Positions 17,166-26,565 of a DNA stretch of 64,000 nucleotides are shown here, in pieces. The translations under genes and the position numbers were made by a program. The stretch lies in the NCBI GenBank assembly GCA_003141195.1, contig PLLC01000024.1, positions 26,238 through 90,237 on the forward strand. The letters are read 5' to 3'. The notes beneath the pieces were generated by a model. It worked only from the letters and a program-made list of their open reading frames with translations. It did no database searches and was not told where the DNA came from. The DNA is from Syntrophaceae bacterium (GTDB taxonomy: Bacteria > Desulfobacterota > Syntrophia > Syntrophales > UBA5619). Within the stretch, counting starts at the first letter, position 1, and every line of letters starts with the position of its first letter.

Positions 17166-18932
17166 TTATAGTGCCTCTGCCCTCTCGAACCTGATTCTTT
17201 GTTCCCCTTGCATCTGTTTGACAAGGAATTGAATCAACCACAAGGCCAACAGGATGAAGACGATGATCACCACGGAAAAAGCGGCCGCCTGGGAAAGATC
17301 GGAATTTTCAACCGAGCCGAGGATGGCGATGGTGATCAGGTTCCATTTCCCTGAAACGACAAAGATGACGGCGCTGACCGCGGTCATGCATTTCACAAAT
17401 GTAAAGGCCAGTCCGGCGTAAAACGCCGGCGTGATCAGGGGGAGGGTGATTCTCCGGAAGGTGGTCGCGCTGTCCGCACCCAGATCGGTCGCCGCCTCTT
17501 CAATGCTGGGATCGATCTGCTGGAGTTCGGCAATGCCGGTCTGAACGCCCACGGCCAGATCACGGAAAATGAAAAGCAGCACGATGATTGCCGCCGTGCC
17601 GGTCAACTTGAGAGGATATTCATTGAAAGCCAGGATATACCCGATTCCCACGACGGTTCCGGGAACGGCAAACGTCAGCAGCGATACCAGTTCCATCAGT
17701 CTCTTGCCCGGGAAATTCTTGCGAACCACCAGGAACGCGATGATCATCGCCAGGATCCCGGCAATCGGCGTTGCGATCGACGACAACAGCAACGTATCCC
17801 TGATAAACCCCCATCCTACGGTAAAAACATGTTTATAATTAACGAACGTCAAGGCATGGTTGGCGCCCCAGAGCTTCACGAAAGAGCCGAACAGGACCAT
17901 ACCGTAGAAGAGGAAGATGACCCCCGTCAGCAACAGGCAAAGTCCGAAGATTGAATATTTTGTGACCGGATGATCCATCTTGATCCGGGTGGACGAAGGT
18001 TTGCCGGTCACCGTAACATACGACTTTCGGCTCACCCAGTATTTTTGCAGGCCGAAGGCAATCAGGGATGGGATGAGGAGCAATATTGCCAGACCCGCAC
18101 CACTCCTCATATCATACATTCCAACAATCGTCAGGTAAGCCTGGGTGGCAAGGATGGTATAGTTTCCCGCGAGGATCATCGGATTCCCAAAATCGGCCAG
18201 CGACTGGCTGAAGACCAGGAGGATCGCGCTGGCAATCCCCGGGGTGGCAAGGGGCAGGGTAATCCGAGTGAACACCTTCCATTTCGGCGCGCCCAGATCC
18301 AGGGCCGCGTCTTCCAGGGCCGGGTCGATGGCCTGCAGGACGCCGTACAGCGTCAAATACGCGGTCGAGAAGTAGGTCAATGTCTCGACCACCAGCAGCC
18401 CGTAAAATCCGTAGATCTTGAAGTGAATAATATCATTCAAGATCATATTGCTGACGAACCCCTGCTTGCCGAACAATAAAATCGCGGATAGGGACATCAT
18501 GAAGGGGGGGGCGATGATCGGGAAGGTGGCGGTAACATTGAAGAAACGTTTCCAGGGAATGTCCACCCTGGTCACGGCATAGGCGAAAATGAAACCGATG
18601 ACCGTGCCCAGAATCGAGACGGCCGCACCCAGGGTCAGGCTGTGGATCAAGGGTTGAACGTTGTAACTTTTCGAAAGCAGTTCCGCGAAGACCTTCAGGC
18701 TGTAATGACCGTTTTCTTCAAAGCTCAACTGAAAAATTTTGAATAAGGGAAGAACGATAAACAGGAACAGAAAAACGCTGACCAGGGTAATCCCGAAGAG
18801 CAAGAGCGGCTCCCTCCACAGTTTCCGGATATCGGAGGGAATTCTCTTCAGATAGGCAACAGCCCGCACGCTTCTTGGCATGGATGCACGCGCCTCATTC
18901 CAGACCGAATAAAGAGAGAAGGGAGGGGACAA
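17166..18932 (-). CDS. ABC transporter permease, fused two-domain, importer 2
   Basis: 588-aa ORF from TTG at 18932 (GGGAGGGG just upstream). Alternative ATG at 18881. Two EAA-loop repeats (LEDAALDLGAPKW..., IEEAATDLGADSATTF...). Confidence 0.85.
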   Translation of the reverse strand: MSPPFSLYSVWNEARASMPRSVRAVAYLKRIPSDIRKLWREPLLLFGITLVSVFLFLFIVLPLFKIFQLSFEENGHYSLKVFAELLSKSYNVQPLIHSLTLGAAVSILGTVIGFIFAYAVTRVDIPWKRFFNVTATFPIIAPPFMMSLSAILLFGKQGFVSNMILNDIIHFKIYGFYGLLVVETLTYFSTAYLTLYGVLQAIDPALEDAALDLGAPKWKVFTRITLPLATPGIASAILLVFSQSLADFGNPMILAGNYTILATQAYLTIVGMYDMRSGAGLAILLLIPSLIAFGLQKYWVSRKSYVTVTGKPSSTRIKMDHPVTKYSIFGLCLLLTGVIFLFYGMVLFGSFVKLWGANHALTFVNYKHVFTVGWGFIRDTLLLSSIATPIAGILAMIIAFLVVRKNFPGKRLMELVSLLTFAVPGTVVGIGYILAFNEYPLKLTGTAAIIVLLFIFRDLAVGVQTGIAELQQIDPSIEEAATDLGADSATTFRRITLPLITPAFYAGLAFTFVKCMTAVSAVIFVVSGKWNLITIAILGSVENSDLSQAAAFSVVIIVFILLALWLIQFLVKQMQGEQRIRFERAEAL

Positions 18933-18951
18933 TCCCCTCCCTTCTCTTAGG

Positions 18952-19959
18952 TTACTTACCGATGATCTGACGCCATTTTTCGATCAATCGCTTGTTGTTA
19001 TTTCCCGACCATTCGGCGTCATAATTGATGAGCTTCAACTCGGATGCCTTCGTCGCTCCGGCCGCAACTTCAGCCTGAGGGTTCAGCGGAATCCGGAACC
19101 AGGCCTGCAGGAGGTCCTGCGCCCGCTTGGACAACACCCAATCAATGAATTTCTTGCCAAGCTCAGGTTCCGGTGCGCCTTTGATCAGCCCCACCACGCC
19201 AATCTCATACCCGGTTCCCTCGCTCGGGAACGTCGCTTTGATCGGATAGCCTTTGGAAGTCCCCTTGGCCAGGATATCGTGGGAGAAGGCAATCCCGATG
19301 GCGATCTCACCGAGCCCGGCCTGCGTGATACATGCCGAACCCGACGTGTTGTAATGATGAATATTGGGCTCTAACTTTTTCCAGTAATCAAACGCCTTAT
19401 CCTCTCCCATCAGTTGGACCAGGGTCGCCAGAGTGGTGTAGGAAGTTCCTGACGTATAGGGGTAGGCGATGGAAATATTGGCTTTGAACTCAGGCCGGAT
19501 CAGATCCTGCCAGGAGGTCGGGAAGGGCAGTTTGTTCTTTGCAAACCAGTTTGTATTGTTCCCGAAACCGATCGCCCCAAAATAAAAGCCGCTCCAGTTG
19601 TCCTGGAGATCCTTCAGCGTTCCCTTCAAAAAAGAAGCGCCGACGGGTGATGGATACGGGGTCAGCAGACCTTCTTTCCTGCCCGCGGTGAATTCGTCGC
19701 TGGACCCGCCGAACCAAACGCTCACCTGGGGGTTCTTCGCCTCTGCCTTGAGCCGGGTCAAGACCTCGCCCGCCGACAGTCGAACCCACTCCACCTTGAT
19801 GTTGGTATCTTTTGTAAAGGCTTCAACATAGATTTTCGCTTCATTCGGATCCAGGGCCGTGTACAGATGGAGCACATCGGCAGCCTTCGTCGTGGACTGA
19901 CCTCCCAAAATTGATAACAAGATGAATGAAATCGAAAGGATAACACGTATGCATTTCAT
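18952..19959 (-). CDS. ABC transporter periplasmic substrate-binding protein, importer 2
   Basis: 335 aa with AAGGGGGA RBS and a signal peptide MKCIRVILSISFILLSILGG. Paralog of 13750-14781. Confidence 0.85.
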   Translation of the reverse strand: MKCIRVILSISFILLSILGGQSTTKAADVLHLYTALDPNEAKIYVEAFTKDTNIKVEWVRLSAGEVLTRLKAEAKNPQVSVWFGGSSDEFTAGRKEGLLTPYPSPVGASFLKGTLKDLQDNWSGFYFGAIGFGNNTNWFAKNKLPFPTSWQDLIRPEFKANISIAYPYTSGTSYTTLATLVQLMGEDKAFDYWKKLEPNIHHYNTSGSACITQAGLGEIAIGIAFSHDILAKGTSKGYPIKATFPSEGTGYEIGVVGLIKGAPEPELGKKFIDWVLSKRAQDLLQAWFRIPLNPQAEVAAGATKASELKLINYDAEWSGNNNKRLIEKWRQIIGK

Positions 19960-20695
19960 GATTTTTCCCCCTTATGATTTCTCAAAGTCCATGGACCGCC
20001 ATTGGAATTCCCTCTTTTTTGACCGCACGGCAGGCCGATTCGGCCAATCTGCCAGCAAACGAAGACGATTTCACCGCCTTCACCCGTCAAGACCCCTGCC
20101 CAACCACACTGAATTTATCTTCCCGAAGGACGACCGCGCGTTCCAAGCCGGATAACAGAATGGTCAAAAATGTCATATGACCCTTTGCAAGCGGATGGCC
20201 TTCAGCCTGTTCCCTGTTCCGCCGGGTCGGAAATTCCGGAAGTGCTTGAATATGCGGAGATGTCTGTTCGAGAGGAGAACAACGGGCGGAGAATCCCTGA
20301 AAGGGCGCCTTCAAACAGAATTCTTGAGGTCAACATTGTTGTTGCCATACCTGCGAAGTTGATCAACATTCGTCGACAAGAAACTCTCGCAAGTCCAGAT
20401 TCTCACAAAAGTCAGGCGGAAAGAGAAATCTTAATCAAATCGTAGAAAATCAAACTCCTTACATGATCTTCAATGAAAACCAAATGCTGCATAGCACGTG
20501 TATAGGACCCCTGTAAAAAAGTCAACCGGTATTTTGATTTATGGTTTTGCCGAATGAGCTTAGATTTTTTGGGGGCTGATTGACCGAATACACGCTGATC
20601 CGGCCTTCGACGTTCAACCGAGTGACTATTTTCTGGAAAAGCAGGGGTCCAGTCTCCCCCAGTTCCTCCCTGTCAGCACCACTTGCTAATTGTCC

Positions 20696-20724
20696 TTGAC
20701 GGCATTATATTAATGCCATAAAAA
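20696..20724 (+). promoter_or_regulatory. candidate sigma70-type promoter (TTGACG-N17-TAAAAA) with embedded palindrome GGCATTA-tat-TAATGCC upstream of pdxS
   Basis: -35 at 20696-20701, palindrome at 20701-20717 filling the spacer, -10-like at 20719-20724, pdxS ATG at 20765. Confidence 0.35.
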
Positions 20725-20764
20725 AGAACGCAGATGATCAATCCCTCAGGGAGGTAAAAATATC

Positions 20765-21646
20765 ATGGAAGCAAAAAGATATGAACTGAATGTCCAACTG
20801 GCGCAGATGCTCAAAGGCGGCGTCATCATGGATGTGACCAATGTGGAGCAGGCGAAGATCGCCGAGGAGGCGGGCGCCGTGGCCGTCATGGCCCTGGAGA
20901 GGGTGCCGGCAGACATCCGGCGGGACGGTGGTGTGGCCCGGATGTCCGACCCGGCGATGATCGCGGAGATCAAGAAGGCCGTTTCCATCCCCGTCATGGC
21001 CAAGGCCAGGATCGGCCACTTCGTGGAGGCCCAGATCATCGAGGCCCTGAAGATCGACTACATCGACGAAAGCGAGGTCCTGACCCCCGCCGATGAAGAG
21101 TGCCACATCGACAAGACAAAATTTGCCATCCCCTTCGTCTGCGGCGCCCGGAACCTGGGCGAGGCGCTTCGCCGGATCGCCGAAGGTGCGGCGATGATCC
21201 GCACCAAGGGCGAGGCCGGGACGGGAAACGTCGTCGAGGCCGTCCGCCACATGAGGACGATGAACCGCGAGATCCGCCAGCTCGTAGCGATGCCGGTGGA
21301 AGAGGTGACCGGTTTCGCCAAGACGAACGGCATCCCCTATGAACTGGCCCTCAAGGTGAGGGAACTCGGCCGCCTGCCGGTCGTCAACTTTGCCGCGGGC
21401 GGGATTGCGACGCCGGCCGATGCGGCGCTCATGATGCAACTGGGTTGTGACGGGGTTTTCGTCGGCTCCGGGATCTTCAAATCGGCAACGCCCGCCGTGC
21501 GCGCCCGGGCAATCGTCAAGGCCACGGCCTATTTCAACGATCCGGCTAAAGTTCTCGAGGCCTCCATGAATCTTGGAGAGGCGATGCCCGGCCTGGAGAT
21601 CTCTGCCATCCCCAAGGAACAGCTCCTGGCCGGCCGCGGCTGGTAG
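20765..21646 (+). CDS. pdxS: pyridoxal 5'-phosphate synthase lyase subunit PdxS
   Basis: 293 aa with GGGAGG RBS. Highly conserved PdxS sequence ([41 protein letters not shown]...). Confidence 0.95.
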   Translation: MEAKRYELNVQLAQMLKGGVIMDVTNVEQAKIAEEAGAVAVMALERVPADIRRDGGVARMSDPAMIAEIKKAVSIPVMAKARIGHFVEAQIIEALKIDYIDESEVLTPADEECHIDKTKFAIPFVCGARNLGEALRRIAEGAAMIRTKGEAGTGNVVEAVRHMRTMNREIRQLVAMPVEEVTGFAKTNGIPYELALKVRELGRLPVVNFAAGGIATPADAALMMQLGCDGVFVGSGIFKSATPAVRARAIVKATAYFNDPAKVLEASMNLGEAMPGLEISAIPKEQLLAGRGW

Positions 21647-21669
21647 GAGAGGTCCTCAGGACGGAATCG

Positions 21670-22350
21670 ATGAGCCGCACGGAATGGAAGCCCCCCATCG
21701 CCGCAGGAAGGATGATCGGCGTCCTGGATCTCCAGGGGGACGTGTGCGAACACCTCGATCATCTGGGGCGCCTTGGCGTCGCCGCCCGGCCGGTGAAGCA
21801 GGCCGAAGACTTCGAAGGGCTGGCCGGCCTCATCCTGCCCGGCGGCGAGAGCACCTGTCTTGCTCGGCTTCTGCAAATCTTCAGCATCGATAAGATCATC
21901 ATCCGGAAATTCCACGAGGGGGTGAAACTCTGGGGCACCTGCGCGGGGGCGATTCTGCTTGCAAAATCGCTTTCGGGAGAGACACCCTACCTCCGCCTGA
22001 TCGACATCGAGGTCGCGAGAAACAGCTTCGGGAGCCAGTTGGACAGCTTCGCCAGCGAAGCCCCCATTCCGAAGCTTTCCCCAACACCCATCCCGCTCAC
22101 CTTTATCCGCGCCCCCAAGATCCTCAGCGTGGGGGAGGGGGTGGATGTCCTCCTCCGGATGGGCGATTTCATCGCGGCGGCTGAATCACCGGACGTTCTG
22201 GTGACCGTCTTTCATCCCGAACTGACGCCGTCTCTCGCCTTTCACCGCTATTTTGCTCGTAAATGCGGTCTTCAGCCGGGTACAGAAGAAACGGTAATAA
22301 ATCCTTCCTGGGACCGAACAAGCTGGATGCGACTCGCGCGGATCACTTAA
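21670..22350 (+). CDS. pdxT: pyridoxal 5'-phosphate synthase glutaminase subunit PdxT
   Basis: IGVLDLQGDV...LILPGGESTC...GTCAG...FHPE motifs. The canonical N-terminus would start at ATG 21712. Unusual roughly 30-aa C-terminal tail. Confidence 0.85.
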   Translation: MSRTEWKPPIAAGRMIGVLDLQGDVCEHLDHLGRLGVAARPVKQAEDFEGLAGLILPGGESTCLARLLQIFSIDKIIIRKFHEGVKLWGTCAGAILLAKSLSGETPYLRLIDIEVARNSFGSQLDSFASEAPIPKLSPTPIPLTFIRAPKILSVGEGVDVLLRMGDFIAAAESPDVLVTVFHPELTPSLAFHRYFARKCGLQPGTEETVINPSWDRTSWMRLARIT

Positions 22351-22961
22351 ATGGATAGAATTAGGTTGATACGGGATCGGATGGCGGAGGTCTTTTCGAC
22401 GTCTTTTGCCGCTTCATGGAAGGATTTCAGACGTTCGAGCCAGGCCAGCAGTGCCCTCTTCCAGCCGTTCCGCGAAGCGGTTTCCACGGCGGTCCGGAGG
22501 ATCACCTCCGTCTCCAATCCATGGCGGACGGCAAGACCCGATGCGATCAGGCGGGAGAGGGGGTCATCGATCGCGGAGCTGGAGCGGAGCGCGATCAGCA
22601 GCACCGTCACGAAGGGCGACAGTTCCGTCACGACGAAACCCATCAGCAGCCGTCCCAGGTAGTCGGTCAGTCCCAGGTTCTTGACCACCTGAAAGGCCAT
22701 GCCGTTGATCAGGGAACCGAAGATCACCGCCACGAAAAGAAACAGGGGCAGGATCTGAACCGAGGTGAAGTAGAACTGATGGATGAAAACCATGCGGGAA
22801 GCGCTGTTGTATGTCCGGCGATCGAAAGGATTGAGGAAGACCCGGGCAGCAAACGCAAGTGTGCCGCGCAACGAAGAGGTTTTGTGCATGGCGGCCTTGC
22901 CGATATTGCCAATGGCCTTGATCATAACGCAAATCGTCTCGGACGTTCCCGAGGAATGCAT
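22347..22961 (-). CDS. MlaE-family ABC permease-like protein, truncated/degenerate
   Basis: The first ~140 aa match the MlaE pattern (...FIHQFYFTSVQILPLFLFVAVIFGSLINGMAF...VTELSPFVTVLLIALRSSSAI). The last ~65 aa are hydrophilic and lack the two C-terminal TM helices. Its stop overlaps the pdxT stop (shared TTAA at 22347-22350). No MlaF/MlaD partners nearby. Confidence 0.45.
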   Translation of the reverse strand: MHSSGTSETICVMIKAIGNIGKAAMHKTSSLRGTLAFAARVFLNPFDRRTYNSASRMVFIHQFYFTSVQILPLFLFVAVIFGSLINGMAFQVVKNLGLTDYLGRLLMGFVVTELSPFVTVLLIALRSSSAIDDPLSRLIASGLAVRHGLETEVILRTAVETASRNGWKRALLAWLERLKSFHEAAKDVEKTSAIRSRINLILSI

Positions 22962-23164
22962 GCGGATTCCCTTCCCCGATCATCGCCTGTCCCGCGCTCA
23001 GACCGGAGAATAAGGTGAGGCTCTGTCCAGGAAGCGACAGCTTTTCATGTTGTGGTCCTTTTTTAACACAAGAAGGCTCCATGTGCAAATGAGATTCAAT
23101 GAAGGAATTTCTTTTTTTTACGGATCCTGCTATAGAAGCACAAAACGTTCATCAGGAGCAGACT

Positions 23165-23977
23165 ATGAAAATCGTGCGCTTTTTAACCGAAGAGGGAAAA
23201 ATCTGCCTGGGAAACATCGAGACGGATCGACCGGAAGAGGCCCGAATCGTGCGGGGCGACCTGTTCGGCAAACTTGAAATCACCGGGCAGACGGCCCGCA
23301 TTGGACGTCTCCTTTCCCCGCTGGATCCCCCCAATATCCTTGCCGTCGGACTCAATTACGGCCGCCATGCGGAAGAAACGAAAATCAGCCGACCGGAGAT
23401 TCCGGTCCTGTTCATCAAGGCGACAACGACCGTGATTGGGCCGGACGAGATGATCCTCTTGCCGTCGGTCGGACCGGACCGGGTCGATTACGAGGCGGAG
23501 CTTGCCGTGATCATCGGCCGGAGGGCAAAAAACGTGAGTCGCCAAGACGCCCTCGGGTATGTTCTGGGATATACCTGCGCAAATGATGTGAGCGCACGTG
23601 ACTGGCAGATTGAAAAACAGAAGAAACAATGGGCGCGGGGCAAGAGCTTCGATACCTTCTGCCCTCTCGGTCCCTGTCTGGTAACCGGGGATGAAATTTC
23701 AGATCCGAACGTCCTCGCCATCCGGGCGATCCTGAATGGTGAGGTCTTGCAGGATTCCAACACCTCCGACATGATTTTCGATGTGCAGGCGCTGATCAGC
23801 GATCTGAGCCAATCCTTTACGCTGCTTCCGGGGACCGTTATTCTGACCGGAACTCCCGGGGGGGTCGGTTTTACAAGGAAACCGCCGGTATTCCTTAGGG
23901 AAGGGGACGCGATCACTATCGAAATCGAGGGGATCGGAAGCCTCACCAATAGAGTCGGAAGGGAGTCAGGTGAATGA
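23165..23977 (+). CDS. fumarylacetoacetate hydrolase (FAH) family protein
   Basis: ATG at 23165 with AGGAG 6 nt upstream (track start 23099). Motifs GLNYGRHAEE, EAELAVIIGR, GKSFDTFCPLGP, GTPGGVG. Confidence 0.85.
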   Translation: MKIVRFLTEEGKICLGNIETDRPEEARIVRGDLFGKLEITGQTARIGRLLSPLDPPNILAVGLNYGRHAEETKISRPEIPVLFIKATTTVIGPDEMILLPSVGPDRVDYEAELAVIIGRRAKNVSRQDALGYVLGYTCANDVSARDWQIEKQKKQWARGKSFDTFCPLGPCLVTGDEISDPNVLAIRAILNGEVLQDSNTSDMIFDVQALISDLSQSFTLLPGTVILTGTPGGVGFTRKPPVFLREGDAITIEIEGIGSLTNRVGRESGE

Positions 23978-24066
23978 TAGTATTTTCGGGCTTCTGATTT
24001 AAAAATAATTCTGTTGAGCGTTGTTTTTAAAGCCCTCCGGTATGGGGCGATAATGGGCGTGGAGCA

Positions 24067-24094
24067 TTGACAAAATCTATTTGACGTTTATATT
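24067..24094 (+). promoter_or_regulatory. strong sigma70-like promoter TTGACA-N16-TATATT
   Basis: -35 at 24067-24072 and -10 at 24089-24094. Lies in the 400-nt gap between the FAH gene and htrA, about 210 nt upstream of the terminator at 24262-24312. Confidence 0.5.
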
Positions 24095-24261
24095 ACGCCG
24101 GTCGATTCAAGAATCGATACAACAGCCGATGTATGACGTTCTCGTAAACAGTATGAATAGCCGTTCTTCCGGGGGGATTTGTAAAAAGCTCCAGTGGTTC
24201 GACAGGTTCACCATGAAAGCAATACTCCTTGTCACACTGAGCTTGTCGAAGCGTGAGCAGA

Positions 24262-24312
24262 CCCTGTGTGTCGAAGGGATGGGGAATCCCAACGCCGAAC
24301 AGGGCTTTTTTT
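24262..24312 (+). terminator. intrinsic terminator (composite hairpin followed by T7)
   Basis: Outer stem CCCTGT (24262-24267)/ACAGGG (24299-24304), inner stem GGGAT (24276-24280)/ATCCC (24286-24290), then C and TTTTTTT (24306-24312). Confidence 0.6.
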
Positions 24313-24379
24313 AGATAACGCCAATATTATGAACAGCCGCGTTCAGAAAGAACAGCGGCGATCTATCAGGAGGTAGACA

Positions 24380-25864
24380 ATGAAAACGGAAAACAAGGGC
24401 CGAAAAACCTTCATCATGTTTCTCTTGGCATTTCTGATCGGGTTTTTCGTCGTTTCGGTCGTTGAGGTGCTTCGCTCCTCCTTTGCACCGTCGGGACCCG
24501 GGCCGGATGTCCAGGTGGCGTCGGCCGTTTCAACCGGTGATGTCTCGCACGCGCCCTTCTCCTTTGCGGATCTGGCCGAAAAGCTCAAACCCTCCGTCGT
24601 AAACATCAGTACGACCAAGACGGTGCGGAGCGGCGGATTCCGCTCCCCCTTCGGTCAGAGGTCACCTTTCGATCGTAATTTCGGCGGGGATGATTTCTTT
24701 GAGCGGTTTTTCGGAGACATGCCACAGCGTGAATTCAAACAGAAGAGCCTCGGCTCCGGGTTCATCATCAGCCATGACGGCTATATCTTCACAAACAACC
24801 ACGTCGTGGAGCAGGCCGATAAAATCCTGGTGAAGCTCTCCGACGGCAAGGAATACGAGGCGAAAGTCATTGGCAAGGACGCCAAGACCGACATCGCCCT
24901 GATCAAGATCAAACCGAACGACAGCCTGCCGGTCGCGGAAACGGGCGACTCGGAGAAGCTCAGGGTGGGAGACTGGGTTATAGCCATCGGGAACCCCTTC
25001 GGCCTGGAGCAGACCGTCACCGCCGGGATCGTCAGCGCAAAGGGCCGCGTGATCGGAGCGGGGCCGTATGACAATTTTATCCAGACCGACGCCTCCATCA
25101 ACCCGGGAAACAGCGGGGGACCTCTCTTCAACATGGAGGGCAAGGTGGTCGGCATCAACACGGCGATCGTTGCGCAGGGGCAGGGAATTGGGTTCGCCAT
25201 CCCGATCAGCATGGCGAAAACCATCCTGCCGGACCTGAAGGCCAAGGGGAAGGTGACCCGGGGATGGCTGGGGGTTTCCGTTCAGGAAATCAGTGAGGAT
25301 ATCGCCAAGAGCATGAAGATCAAAGACAAGAGCGGCGCCCTGATTTCGGATGTCTTCAAAGGGGATCCCGCCGACAAGGCAGGGCTCAAATCGGGGGATA
25401 TTGTAACCGAGATCAACGGCAAGCCGGTCAGGGACACGCATGAGTTGCTGCTGATGATCGCAGGATTCCGCATCGGCGAGACGATCAAGATCAAGATCGT
25501 CCGTGATGGCCAGGAAAAGGTCCTCCCCATTACGATCGCGGAAAGAACAGAAAAATCGGAGATGGCATTCGCTCAGCAGTCCGGAGAAGCGTTCGGCATG
25601 ACGGTCCAGGAAATCACACCGGAAATCGCCCAGCACCTCGGGCTTACCATCAAAAAGGGACTCATTGTCGTCGATGTCCAGGAAGGGACGGTCGCCGAGG
25701 AGATGGGAATCCAGCCGCAGGACATCATCCTTCAGGTAAACAAGGTCAAGGTCACGACCATGAAGGAGTATCAGAAGGAAATCGCAAAGGCGGGGGAAAA
25801 GGGCAGCATTCTCCTTCTGATCAAGCGGGGGAAGGCGACCTTCTTCGTGCCTCTGATGAAATGA
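24380..25864 (+). CDS. htrA: DegP/HtrA-family periplasmic serine endoprotease with two PDZ domains
   Basis: 494 aa with AGGAGG RBS and an N-terminal TM/signal. Catalytic motifs TNNHVV, DIALIKI, GNSGGPL. Two PDZ-like segments. Confidence 0.9.
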   Translation: MKTENKGRKTFIMFLLAFLIGFFVVSVVEVLRSSFAPSGPGPDVQVASAVSTGDVSHAPFSFADLAEKLKPSVVNISTTKTVRSGGFRSPFGQRSPFDRNFGGDDFFERFFGDMPQREFKQKSLGSGFIISHDGYIFTNNHVVEQADKILVKLSDGKEYEAKVIGKDAKTDIALIKIKPNDSLPVAETGDSEKLRVGDWVIAIGNPFGLEQTVTAGIVSAKGRVIGAGPYDNFIQTDASINPGNSGGPLFNMEGKVVGINTAIVAQGQGIGFAIPISMAKTILPDLKAKGKVTRGWLGVSVQEISEDIAKSMKIKDKSGALISDVFKGDPADKAGLKSGDIVTEINGKPVRDTHELLLMIAGFRIGETIKIKIVRDGQEKVLPITIAERTEKSEMAFAQQSGEAFGMTVQEITPEIAQHLGLTIKKGLIVVDVQEGTVAEEMGIQPQDIILQVNKVKVTTMKEYQKEIAKAGEKGSILLLIKRGKATFFVPLMK

Positions 25865-25883
25865 CGAAACCGGGGAAAGCCGG

Positions 25884-26534
25884 ATGAGCCGCCGAGAAGA
25901 ACTGCTGAAGATGTATGAACTGTTGAATGGGTATTTCGGTGATCTTCAATGGTGGCCCGCCGACGACCCCTTCGAGATCATGGTCGGGGCGATCCTGACC
26001 CAGAATACCGCCTGGACAAACGTCGAAAAGGCGATTCAAGCGCTGCGGGAGAGCCGGCTTCTCACTCCCGCGGCGCTTTCCTCTATACCGGAAGATGAAC
26101 TGGCCCGGATCATCCGACCGTCCGGTTATTATCATCTCAAGGCGGGAAGGCTGAAGGCTTTTGTCCGGTTTATGATGATGGAGTATTCCGGAAATGTCGA
26201 GACCATGAAGGTCGAGGACCTATCGCGGCTCCGCGATAAACTTCTCGGCGTAAAAGGCATTGGACCGGAAACCGCCGACAGCATCCTCCTTTACGCGTGT
26301 CAGAAGCCCGTCTTCATCAGTGATGCCTACACAAGGCGGATCCTTCTCCGCCACGGTATGATCGGAAATGATGCCGACTATCACTCAATCCAAGCGCTGT
26401 TCATGGATCATCTGCAGCCGGATGTCGCTCTCTTCAACCGGTATCACGCCCTGATCGTAAATACCGGCAAGACCTTCTGCCGGGGGACGGCGGAATGCGC
26501 GGCCTGTCCGCTTGCAATTTTGCAGGCAGGATAG
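25884..26534 (+). CDS. endonuclease III-related HhH-GPD domain protein
   Basis: 216 aa. ILTQNTAWTNVEKAI, helix-hairpin-helix LLGVKGIGPETADSILLY, C-terminal Cys cluster C..GTAECAACP. Confidence 0.75.
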   Translation: MSRREELLKMYELLNGYFGDLQWWPADDPFEIMVGAILTQNTAWTNVEKAIQALRESRLLTPAALSSIPEDELARIIRPSGYYHLKAGRLKAFVRFMMMEYSGNVETMKVEDLSRLRDKLLGVKGIGPETADSILLYACQKPVFISDAYTRRILLRHGMIGNDADYHSIQALFMDHLQPDVALFNRYHALIVNTGKTFCRGTAECAACPLAILQAG

Positions 26535-26565
26535 AGGACCCCGTAAGAAGGAGGGCGAAACAGCC

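Noticed and set aside
20571-20620. GGGGGCTGATTGACCG... resembling the 5' end of tmRNA (GGGGCUGAUUCUGGAUUCGAC)
   Set aside because: There is no tRNA-like 3' end (T-arm GGTTCGAATCC...CCA), no tag-peptide reading frame, and only ~190 nt before pdxS. The similarity is limited to about 10 nt.
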